A DNA stretch of 64,000 nt, from NCBI GenBank assembly GCA_964565075.1, contig CAZMCK010000003.1:35016-99015 (forward strand), in the 5' to 3' direction. The notes beneath the pieces are model-generated. The model was not told the origin of the DNA and did no database searches. It was given only the letters and a program-made list of their open reading frames with translations. Below, piece by piece: positions 38,229-50,369 of this stretch. The translations under genes were made by a program, and so were the position numbers. This stretch comes from an uncultured Dehalococcoidaceae bacterium. GTDB lineage: Bacteria > Chloroflexota > Dehalococcoidia > UBA2979. Within the stretch, counting starts at the first letter, position 1, and every line of letters begins with the position of its first letter.

Positions 38229-39319
38229 CCACCGAGACCACCGGAACGGCGCAGACCGGCGTGGCCGCCACGCACGATCCCGCGACAGCGGCGGACGAGA
38301 TGCAGCTCGCGCCCGGTGAGGGGACCTCGTCGTGGCAGCACCGCCACGTGCTCGACCTCGACGACTTCACGACCGAGGAGATCCTGACGGTCCTCGACCT
38401 CACCGACCGGATGCAGGAGGTGCTGGAGCGGCGCATCGCGCGCGTTCCGGCGCTGCGCGGCCACACCGTCGTCAACCTCTTCTACGAGCCCTCGACGCGT
38501 ACGCGCGCCTCGTTCGAGCTCGCCGGCAAGGTGCTGGGCGCCGACGTGATCAGCCTCGGGGTATCGACCTCCGCCGTGCAGAAGGGCGAGTCGCTCATCG
38601 ACACGGTGCGGACGCTGCGGGCGATGGGGGCGGACAGCATCATCATCCGCCACGCCTCGTCGGGTGCGCCCTACCTGGCCGCGCGCCACACCAACGCCTC
38701 GATCGTGAACGCCGGCGACGGCGCGCACGCACACCCCACGCAGGCGCTGCTGGACCTCTACACCATGCGCTCGCACTTCGGCGACCTCGAAGGCAAGCGC
38801 GTGGCGATGATCGGCGACATCTCGCACTCGCGCGTGGCGCGCTCCGACCTGTGGGGCCTCACGGCCCTCGGCGCCGACGTGGTCGTGTGCGGCCCGCCGA
38901 CGCTGCTGCCGATCGGGCTCGACGCGAGCCAGCGTCCCGACCACGCGCAGCAGGCGCTCCCGCCCGTGCGGATCGAGACCGACATCGAGCGGGCCATCGA
39001 GGGAGCCCACGTCGTCATGGCGCTGCGGCTGCAGAGCGAGCGCCAGCAGGGCGGCCTGCTGCCATCGCTGCACGAGTACGCGCTGCACTACCAGGTCACG
39101 GCCGAGCGGCTCGCGCGCGCCCACCCCGACCACCTGCTCATGCACCCCGGGCCCAAGAACGAGGGCATCGAGATCGCCCGCGACGTGGCCGCCGGCCAGC
39201 ACTCGATCATCGAGCAGCAGGTCACCAACGGCGTGGCCGTGCGCATGGCCCTGCTCTCGCTGCTCGCCCTGGGAGCCGACGGCACGGGCGCGGTGACCGG
39301 CGAGGGGGGTGCACCGTGA
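38225..39319 (+). CDS. pyrB: aspartate carbamoyltransferase catalytic subunit
   Basis: ATGA overlap with the pyrR stop. Motifs [21 protein letters not shown] and MHPGP. About 38-aa N-terminal extension. Confidence 0.95.
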   Translation: MTTETTGTAQTGVAATHDPATAADEMQLAPGEGTSSWQHRHVLDLDDFTTEEILTVLDLTDRMQEVLERRIARVPALRGHTVVNLFYEPSTRTRASFELAGKVLGADVISLGVSTSAVQKGESLIDTVRTLRAMGADSIIIRHASSGAPYLAARHTNASIVNAGDGAHAHPTQALLDLYTMRSHFGDLEGKRVAMIGDISHSRVARSDLWGLTALGADVVVCGPPTLLPIGLDASQRPDHAQQALPPVRIETDIERAIEGAHVVMALRLQSERQQGGLLPSLHEYALHYQVTAERLARAHPDHLLMHPGPKNEGIEIARDVAAGQHSIIEQQVTNGVAVRMALLSLLALGADGTGAVTGEGGAP

Positions 39320-40683
39320 CCACCCTCGCGATCCACAACGGGCGGGTCATCGACCCCGCGCTCGGCCGCGACGGCGTCGCCGACGTGGTCATCGTCGACG
39401 GGCGCGTGGCGCGCGTCGGGCCCGGCGAGGGCGACGCCGTCGTCGAGGCCGACCGCATCGACGCGACAGGGCTGGTGGTGGCGCCGGGGTTCGTGGACCT
39501 GCACGTGCACCTGCGCGAGCCGGGCTTCGAGTACAAGGAGACGATCGCGACGGGCACCGCCGCCGCCGCGCGCGGCGGCTTCACCACCGTCTGCGCAATG
39601 CCCAACACCGACCCGCCCCTCGACCGCCGCTCGGCCGTCGAGTCCGTGCTCCGCGAGGCGGAGCGATCCGCGCGCGTGCGAGTGCTGCCGCTGGGCTGCA
39701 TTACGAGCGGGCGCGCGGGCGCCGAGCTGGCCCCGGCGGGCGAGCTGGCGCAGGCCGGGGTCGTCGGGCTGACCGACGACGGCGACGCCGTTGCCGACGC
39801 GCGGCTGATGCGCCACGCGCTCGAGTACGCGACACGCTTCGGCCTGCCGATCGCACAGCACTGCGAGGACCCAGCGCTGGTCTTCGAGGGCCATATGCAC
39901 GAGGGCTGGGTCGCGGCGCGGCTCGGCCTGCGCGGCCGCCCCTCGAGCGCCGAGGAGACGCTGGTCGCCCGTGACATCGCGCTCGCGGAGCTGGCGAACG
40001 CGCACCTGCACATCCAGCACGTCTCGACCGCGGGCTCCGTCGCGCTCATCCGCGCCGCGCGCGAGCGCGGCACGCACGTCACCGCCGAGGTGACGCCGCA
40101 CCACCTCACGCTCACGCACGAGGAGGTCGCGTTCGGCTCGTCGGGCGGCGCCAACGGCAACGGCTCCGCCTACCGCGAGATCGCGTACCACACCAACGCC
40201 AAGGTGAACCCGCCGCTGCGCGAGCAGCACGACGTGGATGCGTGCGTCGAGGCGCTGCGCGAGGGCGTGATCGACGCCATCGCGACCGACCACGCGCCAC
40301 ACGCGGTGTCGGACAAGGAGATCGAGTTCGACCTTGCGGAGGCCGGCATCAGCTGCCTCGAGACCGCGTTCGGGGCGTCGATGAGCCTCGTGCACGCAGG
40401 CCGGCTCTCGCTGCCGCTGCTTATCGAGCGCCTCACGGCCGGCCCGGTCGGCGCGTGGGGGCTGGACCAGCGAGGCGGCCTCGCCGGCCTCGGGACCCTG
40501 TCGCCGGGTGCGCTCGGGGACGTGGTGCTGCTCGACCCGGACGCCGAATGGACGGTGGACCCCGACGAGTTCGCGTCGATGGGCAAGAACACGCCGCTGG
40601 CCGGCCGCACGTTGCGCGGCCAGGTCGTCGGCACGGTGTACGAGGGCCGCGTCGTGCACGCGATGGGAGGTGTGGCTGTATGA
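39316..40683 (+). CDS. pyrC: dihydroorotase
   Basis: GTGA overlap with the pyrB stop. Motifs PGFVDLHVHLREPG, TDHAPH and a C-terminal beta-domain. Confidence 0.93.
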   Translation: MTTLAIHNGRVIDPALGRDGVADVVIVDGRVARVGPGEGDAVVEADRIDATGLVVAPGFVDLHVHLREPGFEYKETIATGTAAAARGGFTTVCAMPNTDPPLDRRSAVESVLREAERSARVRVLPLGCITSGRAGAELAPAGELAQAGVVGLTDDGDAVADARLMRHALEYATRFGLPIAQHCEDPALVFEGHMHEGWVAARLGLRGRPSSAEETLVARDIALAELANAHLHIQHVSTAGSVALIRAARERGTHVTAEVTPHHLTLTHEEVAFGSSGGANGNGSAYREIAYHTNAKVNPPLREQHDVDACVEALREGVIDAIATDHAPHAVSDKEIEFDLAEAGISCLETAFGASMSLVHAGRLSLPLLIERLTAGPVGAWGLDQRGGLAGLGTLSPGALGDVVLLDPDAEWTVDPDEFASMGKNTPLAGRTLRGQVVGTVYEGRVVHAMGGVAV

Positions 40684-40943
40684 GCCCCATCTACGGCCAG
40701 CCGGTCTGGCTCTTGATGCGCGATGCCCTCGACGACTTGCCAGAGGAGTTCACCACGCAGGAAGTGGTGGAGTGGTTCGCGACACACTACCCAGGAATCA
40801 CCGCTAGCACCGCCAGCACGACGCTCAGCGATTTGGAGGCAAGCGGCCCCCCGAGCTCGCCGTACCGGGCCGACCAACGCTGCGTGCGCAGGATCGCCCG
40901 AGGCGTCTACACGCGGCACTACCCAGGCGGGGACGCCGTATGA
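40680..40943 (+). CDS. 87-aa protein of unknown function (wHTH-like), translationally coupled between pyrC and carA
   Basis: ATGA overlaps at both ends and good G/C-ending codon usage. FTTQEVVEWFATHYPGI..RRIARGVYTR. Confidence 0.6.
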   Translation: MSPIYGQPVWLLMRDALDDLPEEFTTQEVVEWFATHYPGITASTASTTLSDLEASGPPSSPYRADQRCVRRIARGVYTRHYPGGDAV

Positions 40944-42055
40944 CCACCCCCCCGCGCGCGCGGCTGGTGCTGGCCGATGGCCGCGTCTTCGAGGGCGAGG
41001 GCCACGGCGCAGACGTGCGCGCGACGGGCGAGGTGGTCTTCAACACATCCATGACCGGTTACCAGGAGGCCCTCACCGACCCCTCGTACGGCGGCCAGAT
41101 CCTGACCATGACCTACCCCATCCAGGGCAACTACGGCGTCAACGACACCGACGACGAGAGCGAGCGCATCCAGGTGCGCGGCTTCGTCGTGCGCGAGCTG
41201 ACCGACCTGCCGTCGCGCTGGCGCAGCATGAGCACGCTGGGCGAGTACCTGGAACGGGCCGGCGTGCCCTGTATCGCCGGCATCGACACGCGCGCGCTCA
41301 CGCGCCACCTGCGCTCGCACGGCGTGGTGATGGGCACGATCACGCGCGACGAGTCGCCGTCCGAGGCGCTCGCACGGCTGCGCAGCGAGCCGATGTACGG
41401 CACCGAGGACTACGTCGCCGAGGTGTCGACGGACACGGTCTACGCCTTCGACGGCGCGTCCGGCCACGTCGTGCCCGAGGACGCACCGCACATCGTCGTG
41501 GTCGACCTCGGGGTGAAGCGCAACATCATGCGTCACCTGCGGTTGCGCGGGTGCCGTGTGACCGCGGTGCCGCACGACACGGGCGCCGAGGACATCCTGT
41601 CGCTGGGGGCGGACGGCGTGCTGCTGTCGCCGGGGCCGGGTGACCCGATGCTCCTCGACCACGTCGTGCAGTCGGCGCGTGGGCTGGCGGGGCGGACGCC
41701 GCTGATGGGGATCTGCCTCGGCCACCAGGTGCTGGGGCGGCTGTTCGGCGCGAAGACGTTCAAGCTGAAGTTCGGGCACCGCGGCGCGAACCACCCGGTG
41801 CGCGACGAGTTGACCGGACGCGTTTACATTACGTCACAGAACCACGGGTACGCGGTCGACCCGGACGGGCTCGACCCGGCGGTGCAGGTGTCCCAGGTGC
41901 ACCTCAACGATGGGACCGTCGAGGGTATGCAGCACCGTGAGCTACCATTGTTCACCATCCAGTATCACTCCGAGGCCTCACCGGGCCCGCACGACACGGA
42001 GTTCCTGTTCGACCGGTTCCTCGAGAGCGTGCGCAACAAGGATGCAAACCCATGA
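40940..42055 (+). CDS. carA: carbamoyl-phosphate synthase small (glutaminase) subunit
   Basis: FNTSMTGYQE, GICLGHQ and QNHGY motifs. Confidence 0.95.
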   Translation: MTTPPRARLVLADGRVFEGEGHGADVRATGEVVFNTSMTGYQEALTDPSYGGQILTMTYPIQGNYGVNDTDDESERIQVRGFVVRELTDLPSRWRSMSTLGEYLERAGVPCIAGIDTRALTRHLRSHGVVMGTITRDESPSEALARLRSEPMYGTEDYVAEVSTDTVYAFDGASGHVVPEDAPHIVVVDLGVKRNIMRHLRLRGCRVTAVPHDTGAEDILSLGADGVLLSPGPGDPMLLDHVVQSARGLAGRTPLMGICLGHQVLGRLFGAKTFKLKFGHRGANHPVRDELTGRVYITSQNHGYAVDPDGLDPAVQVSQVHLNDGTVEGMQHRELPLFTIQYHSEASPGPHDTEFLFDRFLESVRNKDANP

Positions 42056-42510
42056 GCCCAGCGGTGCGCCGAGCGACTCCACAGGACGCCGGCGAGATCT
42101 CCAGCATCATCTCCGAAGTGCTTCGCGAAGGCCTCCCGGTCGCCCTCGACGGCCCCATGAGTCCCGACGAGGTCATCGCCTGGCAGGAGCGCATGGGCGA
42201 CCGCGGCGCGATCTTCGCCATCGACGACGAGACGCGCGTGCTCGGCTTCGGGATCATCGACCCGCTCGAGGACAGCCCCGACGAGTGCTTCTACGGCGCG
42301 TGGATTCGCAGCGACGAACGCCGCAAGGGCTACGCCACGCTGCTCGCCGAGGAGGCGCTGGCCTTCGCGCGCGAGCTCGGCTACCGCAACATCCGCGGGC
42401 GGCTCCCCGAGGGGAACGAGCCCGCGCTTTCGTACCTCTCCGCCATCGGCGGGATGGTCCCGTTCACCAATCCAGGCGCTCACTTCGAGTTGCCGTTGGA
42501 GGAGGAGTAA
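42052..42510 (+). CDS. small GNAT N-acetyltransferase
   Basis: ATGA overlap with the carA stop. VLGFGII..RRKGYATLLAEEALAFARELG is GNAT motif A. Confidence 0.85.
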   Translation: MSPAVRRATPQDAGEISSIISEVLREGLPVALDGPMSPDEVIAWQERMGDRGAIFAIDDETRVLGFGIIDPLEDSPDECFYGAWIRSDERRKGYATLLAEEALAFARELGYRNIRGRLPEGNEPALSYLSAIGGMVPFTNPGAHFELPLEEE

Positions 42511-42513
42511 CCA

Positions 42514-43284
42514 GTGACCACTGACGCGAGTTCGACCGCGCCCGCAGACGCAGCGAAGGAGTATCTCCAGCGGCGGGAGGCCGACTGGGCCGCCTTCACC
42601 TCGGCCACCGGCTCGCCCGGCGACTACTGGGAGACCTGGGGTGAGGAGTCCTTCGGCTGGCGGCCGGAGATCAGCTTCTTCCAGCCGGTCGGCCTCGACT
42701 ACGCCGATCTCATCGAGCAGGTCGAGCCGCTGCGGGCCGCGCTCGAGGGGCTGCCGGGCGTGGACCTGCCGCCGCCCGAGTTCCTGCACATGAAGTTCCT
42801 GCAGCTCGGCTTCCTGCGCGCGGTGGACATCTACTGGTCGCAGGTGGAGACGTTCTACGTGAACGCCGCGCCGCGCGTGCACCGCGTGGAGCCGTTCTCG
42901 CTGCACGTCGCCGGCGTCTCCGCGCGCGAGGAGGCCGTCTACCTCGGCGTCGACGACGGCTACGTGCTGCGCGAGGTACGCCGCCAGATCGGCATCGGCG
43001 TCCCGAAGGCGCAGCAGGTCTTCAAGGAGAAGGGCATCAAGACCGGCCCCGAGGACGACTTCGTCCCCGAGATCCCCATCGCCTACCTCGTGGACGGCGG
43101 CGACCGCGCCGCCATCATCGACGCGGTCATGCCGTACCTCCACACCGACTTCGGCTCGTACCCCGTCAGCCACATCAAGATGGGGCGCATCGCGCCGGAC
43201 CCCGAGGTGCACTACCCGAACATCGACGTCGTGGCCGAGATCAACCTGCTCGGCCAGGACTACCGGAAGGGCTACCACAACTGA
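42514..43284 (+). CDS. 256-aa protein of unknown function, possible degenerate 2H (LigT-like) fold
   Basis: GTG 4 nt after the GNAT stop, with GGAGGAGG just upstream. [12 protein letters not shown] and VSHIKMGRI resemble 2H strands but lack Thr/Ser. Confidence 0.75.
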   Translation: MTTDASSTAPADAAKEYLQRREADWAAFTSATGSPGDYWETWGEESFGWRPEISFFQPVGLDYADLIEQVEPLRAALEGLPGVDLPPPEFLHMKFLQLGFLRAVDIYWSQVETFYVNAAPRVHRVEPFSLHVAGVSAREEAVYLGVDDGYVLREVRRQIGIGVPKAQQVFKEKGIKTGPEDDFVPEIPIAYLVDGGDRAAIIDAVMPYLHTDFGSYPVSHIKMGRIAPDPEVHYPNIDVVAEINLLGQDYRKGYHN

Positions 43285-43334
43285 CCCAGCCCGGCGGCGC
43301 CGCACGCCACTCCCCGGCCGACGCGCCCGACACG

Positions 43335-46619
<3,285 letters not shown>

Positions 46620-46627
46620 GCAGCAGC

Positions 46628-47341
46628 GTGCCGGAGGACGCGATGCGGTCATCAGCGACGGCGCCGCCCCTTCCAGTCCCCCTCGACGCGATCCTGTTCG
46701 ACCTCGACGGCACGCTCGCCGACTCCATGACCGTGATCGCCGAGGCGCTCGTCGACACCCTCTCGCGCTGGGGCCACGCCACCACCGTCGAGGCGCTGAT
46801 GCCGCACTTCGGCCCGAAGATGCAGGAGGTGATCCAGGCGGCGACGGGCGTCAGCGACGACGAGGCCGACCGGATCTACGCCGACTACCTCCCCCGCTAC
46901 TACGGCGAGTACATGGCGCGCTCGCGCCCTTTGCCCGGCGCCGACGCGCTCCTCGACACCCTCGCGCCGACCGGCCTCCCGCTCGGCATCGTCACGTCGA
47001 AGATCGAGACCGGCGCGCACGACCTCCTGGCGCACCTCGGCTGGACCGACCACTTCGGCGTCGTCGTCGGCCGCGACACGACGCCGGCGATGAAGCCCTC
47101 GCCGGTGCCCGTGCGATACGCGCTCGACGCGCTCGGCGCGGACCCGGCCCGCACCGTCTCGGTGGGTGACACCGAGGAGGACATGAAGGCCGCGTCCGCC
47201 GCGGGCGTGGCCTCGATCATCGGACTCACCGTGATCCGCGCCCCGGAGCCGATGCGCGCCGCGGGCGCGACCCACATCTGCGAGGACCTGGACGCCGTGC
47301 GCAGCCTGTTGCTCGCCGCGCTGAAGGCCACGCCCGCGTGA
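46628..47341 (+). CDS. HAD-superfamily hydrolase (phosphoglycolate phosphatase-like)
   Basis: ILFDLDGTLADS, GIVTSK and VGDTEEDMKAA motifs. Confidence 0.85.
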   Translation: MPEDAMRSSATAPPLPVPLDAILFDLDGTLADSMTVIAEALVDTLSRWGHATTVEALMPHFGPKMQEVIQAATGVSDDEADRIYADYLPRYYGEYMARSRPLPGADALLDTLAPTGLPLGIVTSKIETGAHDLLAHLGWTDHFGVVVGRDTTPAMKPSPVPVRYALDALGADPARTVSVGDTEEDMKAASAAGVASIIGLTVIRAPEPMRAAGATHICEDLDAVRSLLLAALKATPA

Positions 47342-48489
47342 GCGCCGAGGCGCCGGGGGTGCGCGGATCGTTCTTCGAGGTGCTGAGCACGTTCTTCCGC
47401 CTGGGCGTGCTCGCCTTCGGCGGGCCGGTCGCGCACATCGCGATGATGGAGGACGAGTACGTCCGCCGCCGCAACTGGCTGTCGAGCGAGTCGTTCTCGC
47501 GCGCACTGGCGGCGACGAACCTCGTCCCGGGCCCGAACTCGACCGAGATGGCGATCCACCTCGGCCATCGCCGCAAGGGCATCGCGGGCGGGTTGCTCTC
47601 CGGCTTCGCGTTCATCGTCCCGGCCGCGATCATGGTCGGCGTGCTCTCGTGGGCGTACTTCGAGTGGGGCACCACGCCGCGCGTCGACGACTTCCTGACC
47701 GGGATCCGGCCCGCCATCGTGGTGCTCGTCGCGCTCGCCGCGTGGCGGCTGCGACGGCCCGCGATCCGTGGGCCGATGCCGATGGCGCTCGCGGCCGGGG
47801 CGTTCGTGGTCGCGGTGCTCGCCGCGCCGTGGGTGCTGTTCGTGCTGCTCGGCGCGGGCGTGCTCGCCCTGCTCGTACGGTGGGCGGGGTGGACGAAGCT
47901 GCTCGCCGCCCTGCCTGCGGTGCCGATGGCGCCGCACGGCTTCCAGATGGCCGCGTGGAGCGCGCCCGACGCGCTCGCGATCGCGCTCATCCACCTCAAG
48001 ACCGGCGCGCTGCTCTTCGGCGGCGGCTACGTGATGATCCCGCTGCTTCAGCCCGACGCCGTCGCGCAGGGCTGGGTCACCGACTCGCAGTTCCTCGACG
48101 GCATCGCCATCGGCCAGTCGACGCCTGGCCCGATCGTGACGACCGCAACGTTCGTCGGCTACGCGGCCGCGGGGTGGTGGGGCGCGGCGCTCGCCACCGT
48201 GGCGGTCTTCGCCCCGGCGTTCGTCTTCGCCATGTCGCTCGGCCACGTCCTCAACCGCCTCTCCGACTCGCCGAACGCGACGGCCTTCCTCGACGCGGTC
48301 GCCGCCGCGGTGTTCGGCGCGATCGCCGGCGCGGCGTTGGTCCTCTTGCTGGAGCTCGAGCTCGACGCGCTCAACGTCGTGCTGGTGGTCGCGAGCGGTG
48401 TGGTGCTGCTCCGCGGGTGGGTGCCGTCGTACGCATGGCTCGCCGCGGCTGGCGCCGCGGGGCTGCTCTACGGCGCGGTGGTAACGTAG
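47338..48489 (+). CDS. chrA: chromate transporter ChrA (CHR family)
   Basis: GTGA overlap with the HAD stop. FRLGVLAFGGPVAHIAMM..NLVPGPNSTE and a second CHR repeat (LFGGGYVMIPLL..QSTPGP). Confidence 0.9.
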   Translation: MSAEAPGVRGSFFEVLSTFFRLGVLAFGGPVAHIAMMEDEYVRRRNWLSSESFSRALAATNLVPGPNSTEMAIHLGHRRKGIAGGLLSGFAFIVPAAIMVGVLSWAYFEWGTTPRVDDFLTGIRPAIVVLVALAAWRLRRPAIRGPMPMALAAGAFVVAVLAAPWVLFVLLGAGVLALLVRWAGWTKLLAALPAVPMAPHGFQMAAWSAPDALAIALIHLKTGALLFGGGYVMIPLLQPDAVAQGWVTDSQFLDGIAIGQSTPGPIVTTATFVGYAAAGWWGAALATVAVFAPAFVFAMSLGHVLNRLSDSPNATAFLDAVAAAVFGAIAGAALVLLLELELDALNVVLVVASGVVLLRGWVPSYAWLAAAGAAGLLYGAVVT

Positions 48490-48493
48490 CCGC

Positions 48494-49267
48494 GTGCGGA
48501 GCGTCCACGTCGAGGTCACCGAGTCGGCCCGCCTCTACGGGCAGACGCACGTGCTCTGGACGACGATGCCCGAGGGGCTGCGCCACGCCACGCCCGGCCA
48601 GTTCGTCATGGCGTACGCCGGCGAGGACCTCGACCCGCTGCTGGGCCGCGCCTTCTCCTTCCACCGCGTGCGCGAGGGTCCCTCGGGCCCGGAGTTCGCG
48701 CTGCTCTTCGACGTCGTTGGCCGCGGCACGGACTGGCTCGCGCGCCGCTCACCCGGCGACGCAGTGCGAGTCGTCGGCCCGCTCGGCCGCGGTTACGAGC
48801 CGCGCGCGCGGGTGAGCCACATGCTGCTCGTCGCCGGCGGCATCGGCTGCGCGCCCCTCGTCTGGCTCGCCGACCGGCTCGTCGACGACGGGCGCGACGT
48901 GACGTTCCTCCTCGGCGGCTCGTCGGAGGCGGCGATCTTCCCGCCGCGGCTCCTGCCCGAGGCCGTCGAGGTCGTCGTGGCGACCGAGGACGGCTCTCTC
49001 GGGGAGCACGGGCTGGTCACGAAGCCGTTCGAGCGGCTGCTGCCGTGGGCGGACCAGGCGTTCGCCTGCGGCCCGAACGCGATGTTCGAGGCGCTGTTCG
49101 GCGTCGTACGCCAATCGGGGCTGCGCAAGCCGGTGCAGGGGCTGCTGGAGGAGAGCATGGCGTGCGGGATGGGCATCTGCTACGGCTGCGCGGTGTTCCC
49201 GCGTCGTGGCGGCGTCAAGCTCGTCTGCACGGACGGCCCGATGTTCGACCTGCGAGACATCTACTGA
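48494..49267 (+). CDS. pyrK: dihydroorotate dehydrogenase electron-transfer subunit
   Basis: GTG 4 nt after the chrA stop. FNR-like fold (RAFSF, GGIGCAPL) and the C-terminal CGMGICYGCAV..C 2Fe-2S motif. Confidence 0.9.
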   Translation: MRSVHVEVTESARLYGQTHVLWTTMPEGLRHATPGQFVMAYAGEDLDPLLGRAFSFHRVREGPSGPEFALLFDVVGRGTDWLARRSPGDAVRVVGPLGRGYEPRARVSHMLLVAGGIGCAPLVWLADRLVDDGRDVTFLLGGSSEAAIFPPRLLPEAVEVVVATEDGSLGEHGLVTKPFERLLPWADQAFACGPNAMFEALFGVVRQSGLRKPVQGLLEESMACGMGICYGCAVFPRRGGVKLVCTDGPMFDLRDIY

Positions 49268-49295
49268 TGCCGCGTCGAGCCAGGCCGGCCGCGCC

Positions 49296-49592
49296 ATGAT
49301 CGGGAACGTGTTCCGCCTCTACATCCCGGTCCTCGGCGGCCTCGTCGCCGGGACATGGATCGGCGGGGTCGTGCTGGCGCCGGACCCTGCAATCGTCGGG
49401 TGGATCTTCGGCGCGGGGGCCGGGCTTATGGGCGGGGCGTTCCTCGCGGCCCTCGTCGGCAACGTGCCGCTGGCCGGGAGCGGCGGCGGCGTCCGCCACA
49501 CCACATTCCCCGGCGACGAGCTTGGGTACGACGGGGACGACGAGTGGGACGAGGACCGGGGTGACTACCCCCGGGACGACGAGCCAGACTAA
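49296..49592 (+). CDS. 98-aa small membrane protein with Gly-zipper TM pair and acidic tail
   Basis: In-frame ATG within track ORF 49206... LGGLVAGTWIGGVVL / GAGAGLMGGAFLAALVG, then DGDDEWDEDRGDYPRDDEPD. Confidence 0.6.
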   Translation: MIGNVFRLYIPVLGGLVAGTWIGGVVLAPDPAIVGWIFGAGAGLMGGAFLAALVGNVPLAGSGGGVRHTTFPGDELGYDGDDEWDEDRGDYPRDDEPD

Positions 49593-49619
49593 CCCAACCC
49601 CACCGCTGTTTCGGCGAGC

Positions 49620-49646
49620 CGAGTGCTATCATTGCGATAGCACTCG
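49620..49646. promoter_or_regulatory. perfect 11-bp inverted repeat CGAGTGCTATC-attgc-GATAGCACTCG, candidate vapB operator
   Basis: Lies 15 nt upstream of the antitoxin ATG. Confidence 0.6.
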
Positions 49647-49660
49647 ACCGGAGCAGCACG

Positions 49661-49924
49661 ATGGCGACAGTGAACGTACGGCGGCTCGACGACGAGGTGG
49701 TCCGCAAGCTCAAGGACAGGGCAGCCTCTCACGGCCGCTCCCTCGAAGCAGAACTGCGCGCGATCCTCGAAGACACCGTGGCCCAGGACGACTATCAGGC
49801 GAAGAAGAGAGCGTTCCTCGAGTACTCGAAGCAACTGCGCGCCCTCACGGCCGGGCGGCAGCACACGCCGTCCGAAGAACTCATCAGAGAGAGCCGGGAT
49901 AGCGGCTACGGGCGCGAGGCATGA
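49661..49924 (+). CDS. vapB: RHH (FitA/VapB-type) antitoxin
   Basis: MATVNVRRLDDEVVRKLKDRAASHGRSLEAELRAIL. ATGA overlap with the toxin start. Confidence 0.85.
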   Translation: MATVNVRRLDDEVVRKLKDRAASHGRSLEAELRAILEDTVAQDDYQAKKRAFLEYSKQLRALTAGRQHTPSEELIRESRDSGYGREA

Positions 49925-50349
49925 CGCGATTGGTCGTCGACGCCAACGTTGTCGTGAAGTGGCTCGTCGATGAGGACCAGGTAGAGGAAGCCGCCAGCGT
50001 GTTGCGCGGCGATTCCGAGTTGCACGCACCGCGCTTCCTGGCCGCTGAACTGGCGGACACGCTGTGGCAGAAGGCAAAGCGTGGTGAGATCACGCCCGCA
50101 ACTGCGGGCGCGCTCGCCGACTCCGTACCCGCGTTGCCCATGCTCTGGGAGGACGACGAGGCGCTCCTCGGCGACGCGGTGCGACTTGCTACCGAAATCG
50201 ATCACCCCGCCTACGACTGCATCTACCTGGCGCTGGCGCATCGACTCGGCGCCCGGGTAGTCACTGCGGATATGAAGTTCGTTCGACGTGTCGCAGGAAC
50301 CGCGCACGAGGGCGCCCTGCTGCGGCTGTCCGACTACCGTAACCAGTGA
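49921..50349 (+). CDS. vapC: PIN-domain toxin VapC
   Basis: LVVDANVVVKW..AAELADTLWQ..HPAYDCIYLALA..VVTADMKF. Confidence 0.9.
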   Translation: MTRLVVDANVVVKWLVDEDQVEEAASVLRGDSELHAPRFLAAELADTLWQKAKRGEITPATAGALADSVPALPMLWEDDEALLGDAVRLATEIDHPAYDCIYLALAHRLGARVVTADMKFVRRVAGTAHEGALLRLSDYRNQ

Positions 50350-50369
50350 CGGTGGGCAGGGGCCGGCAG

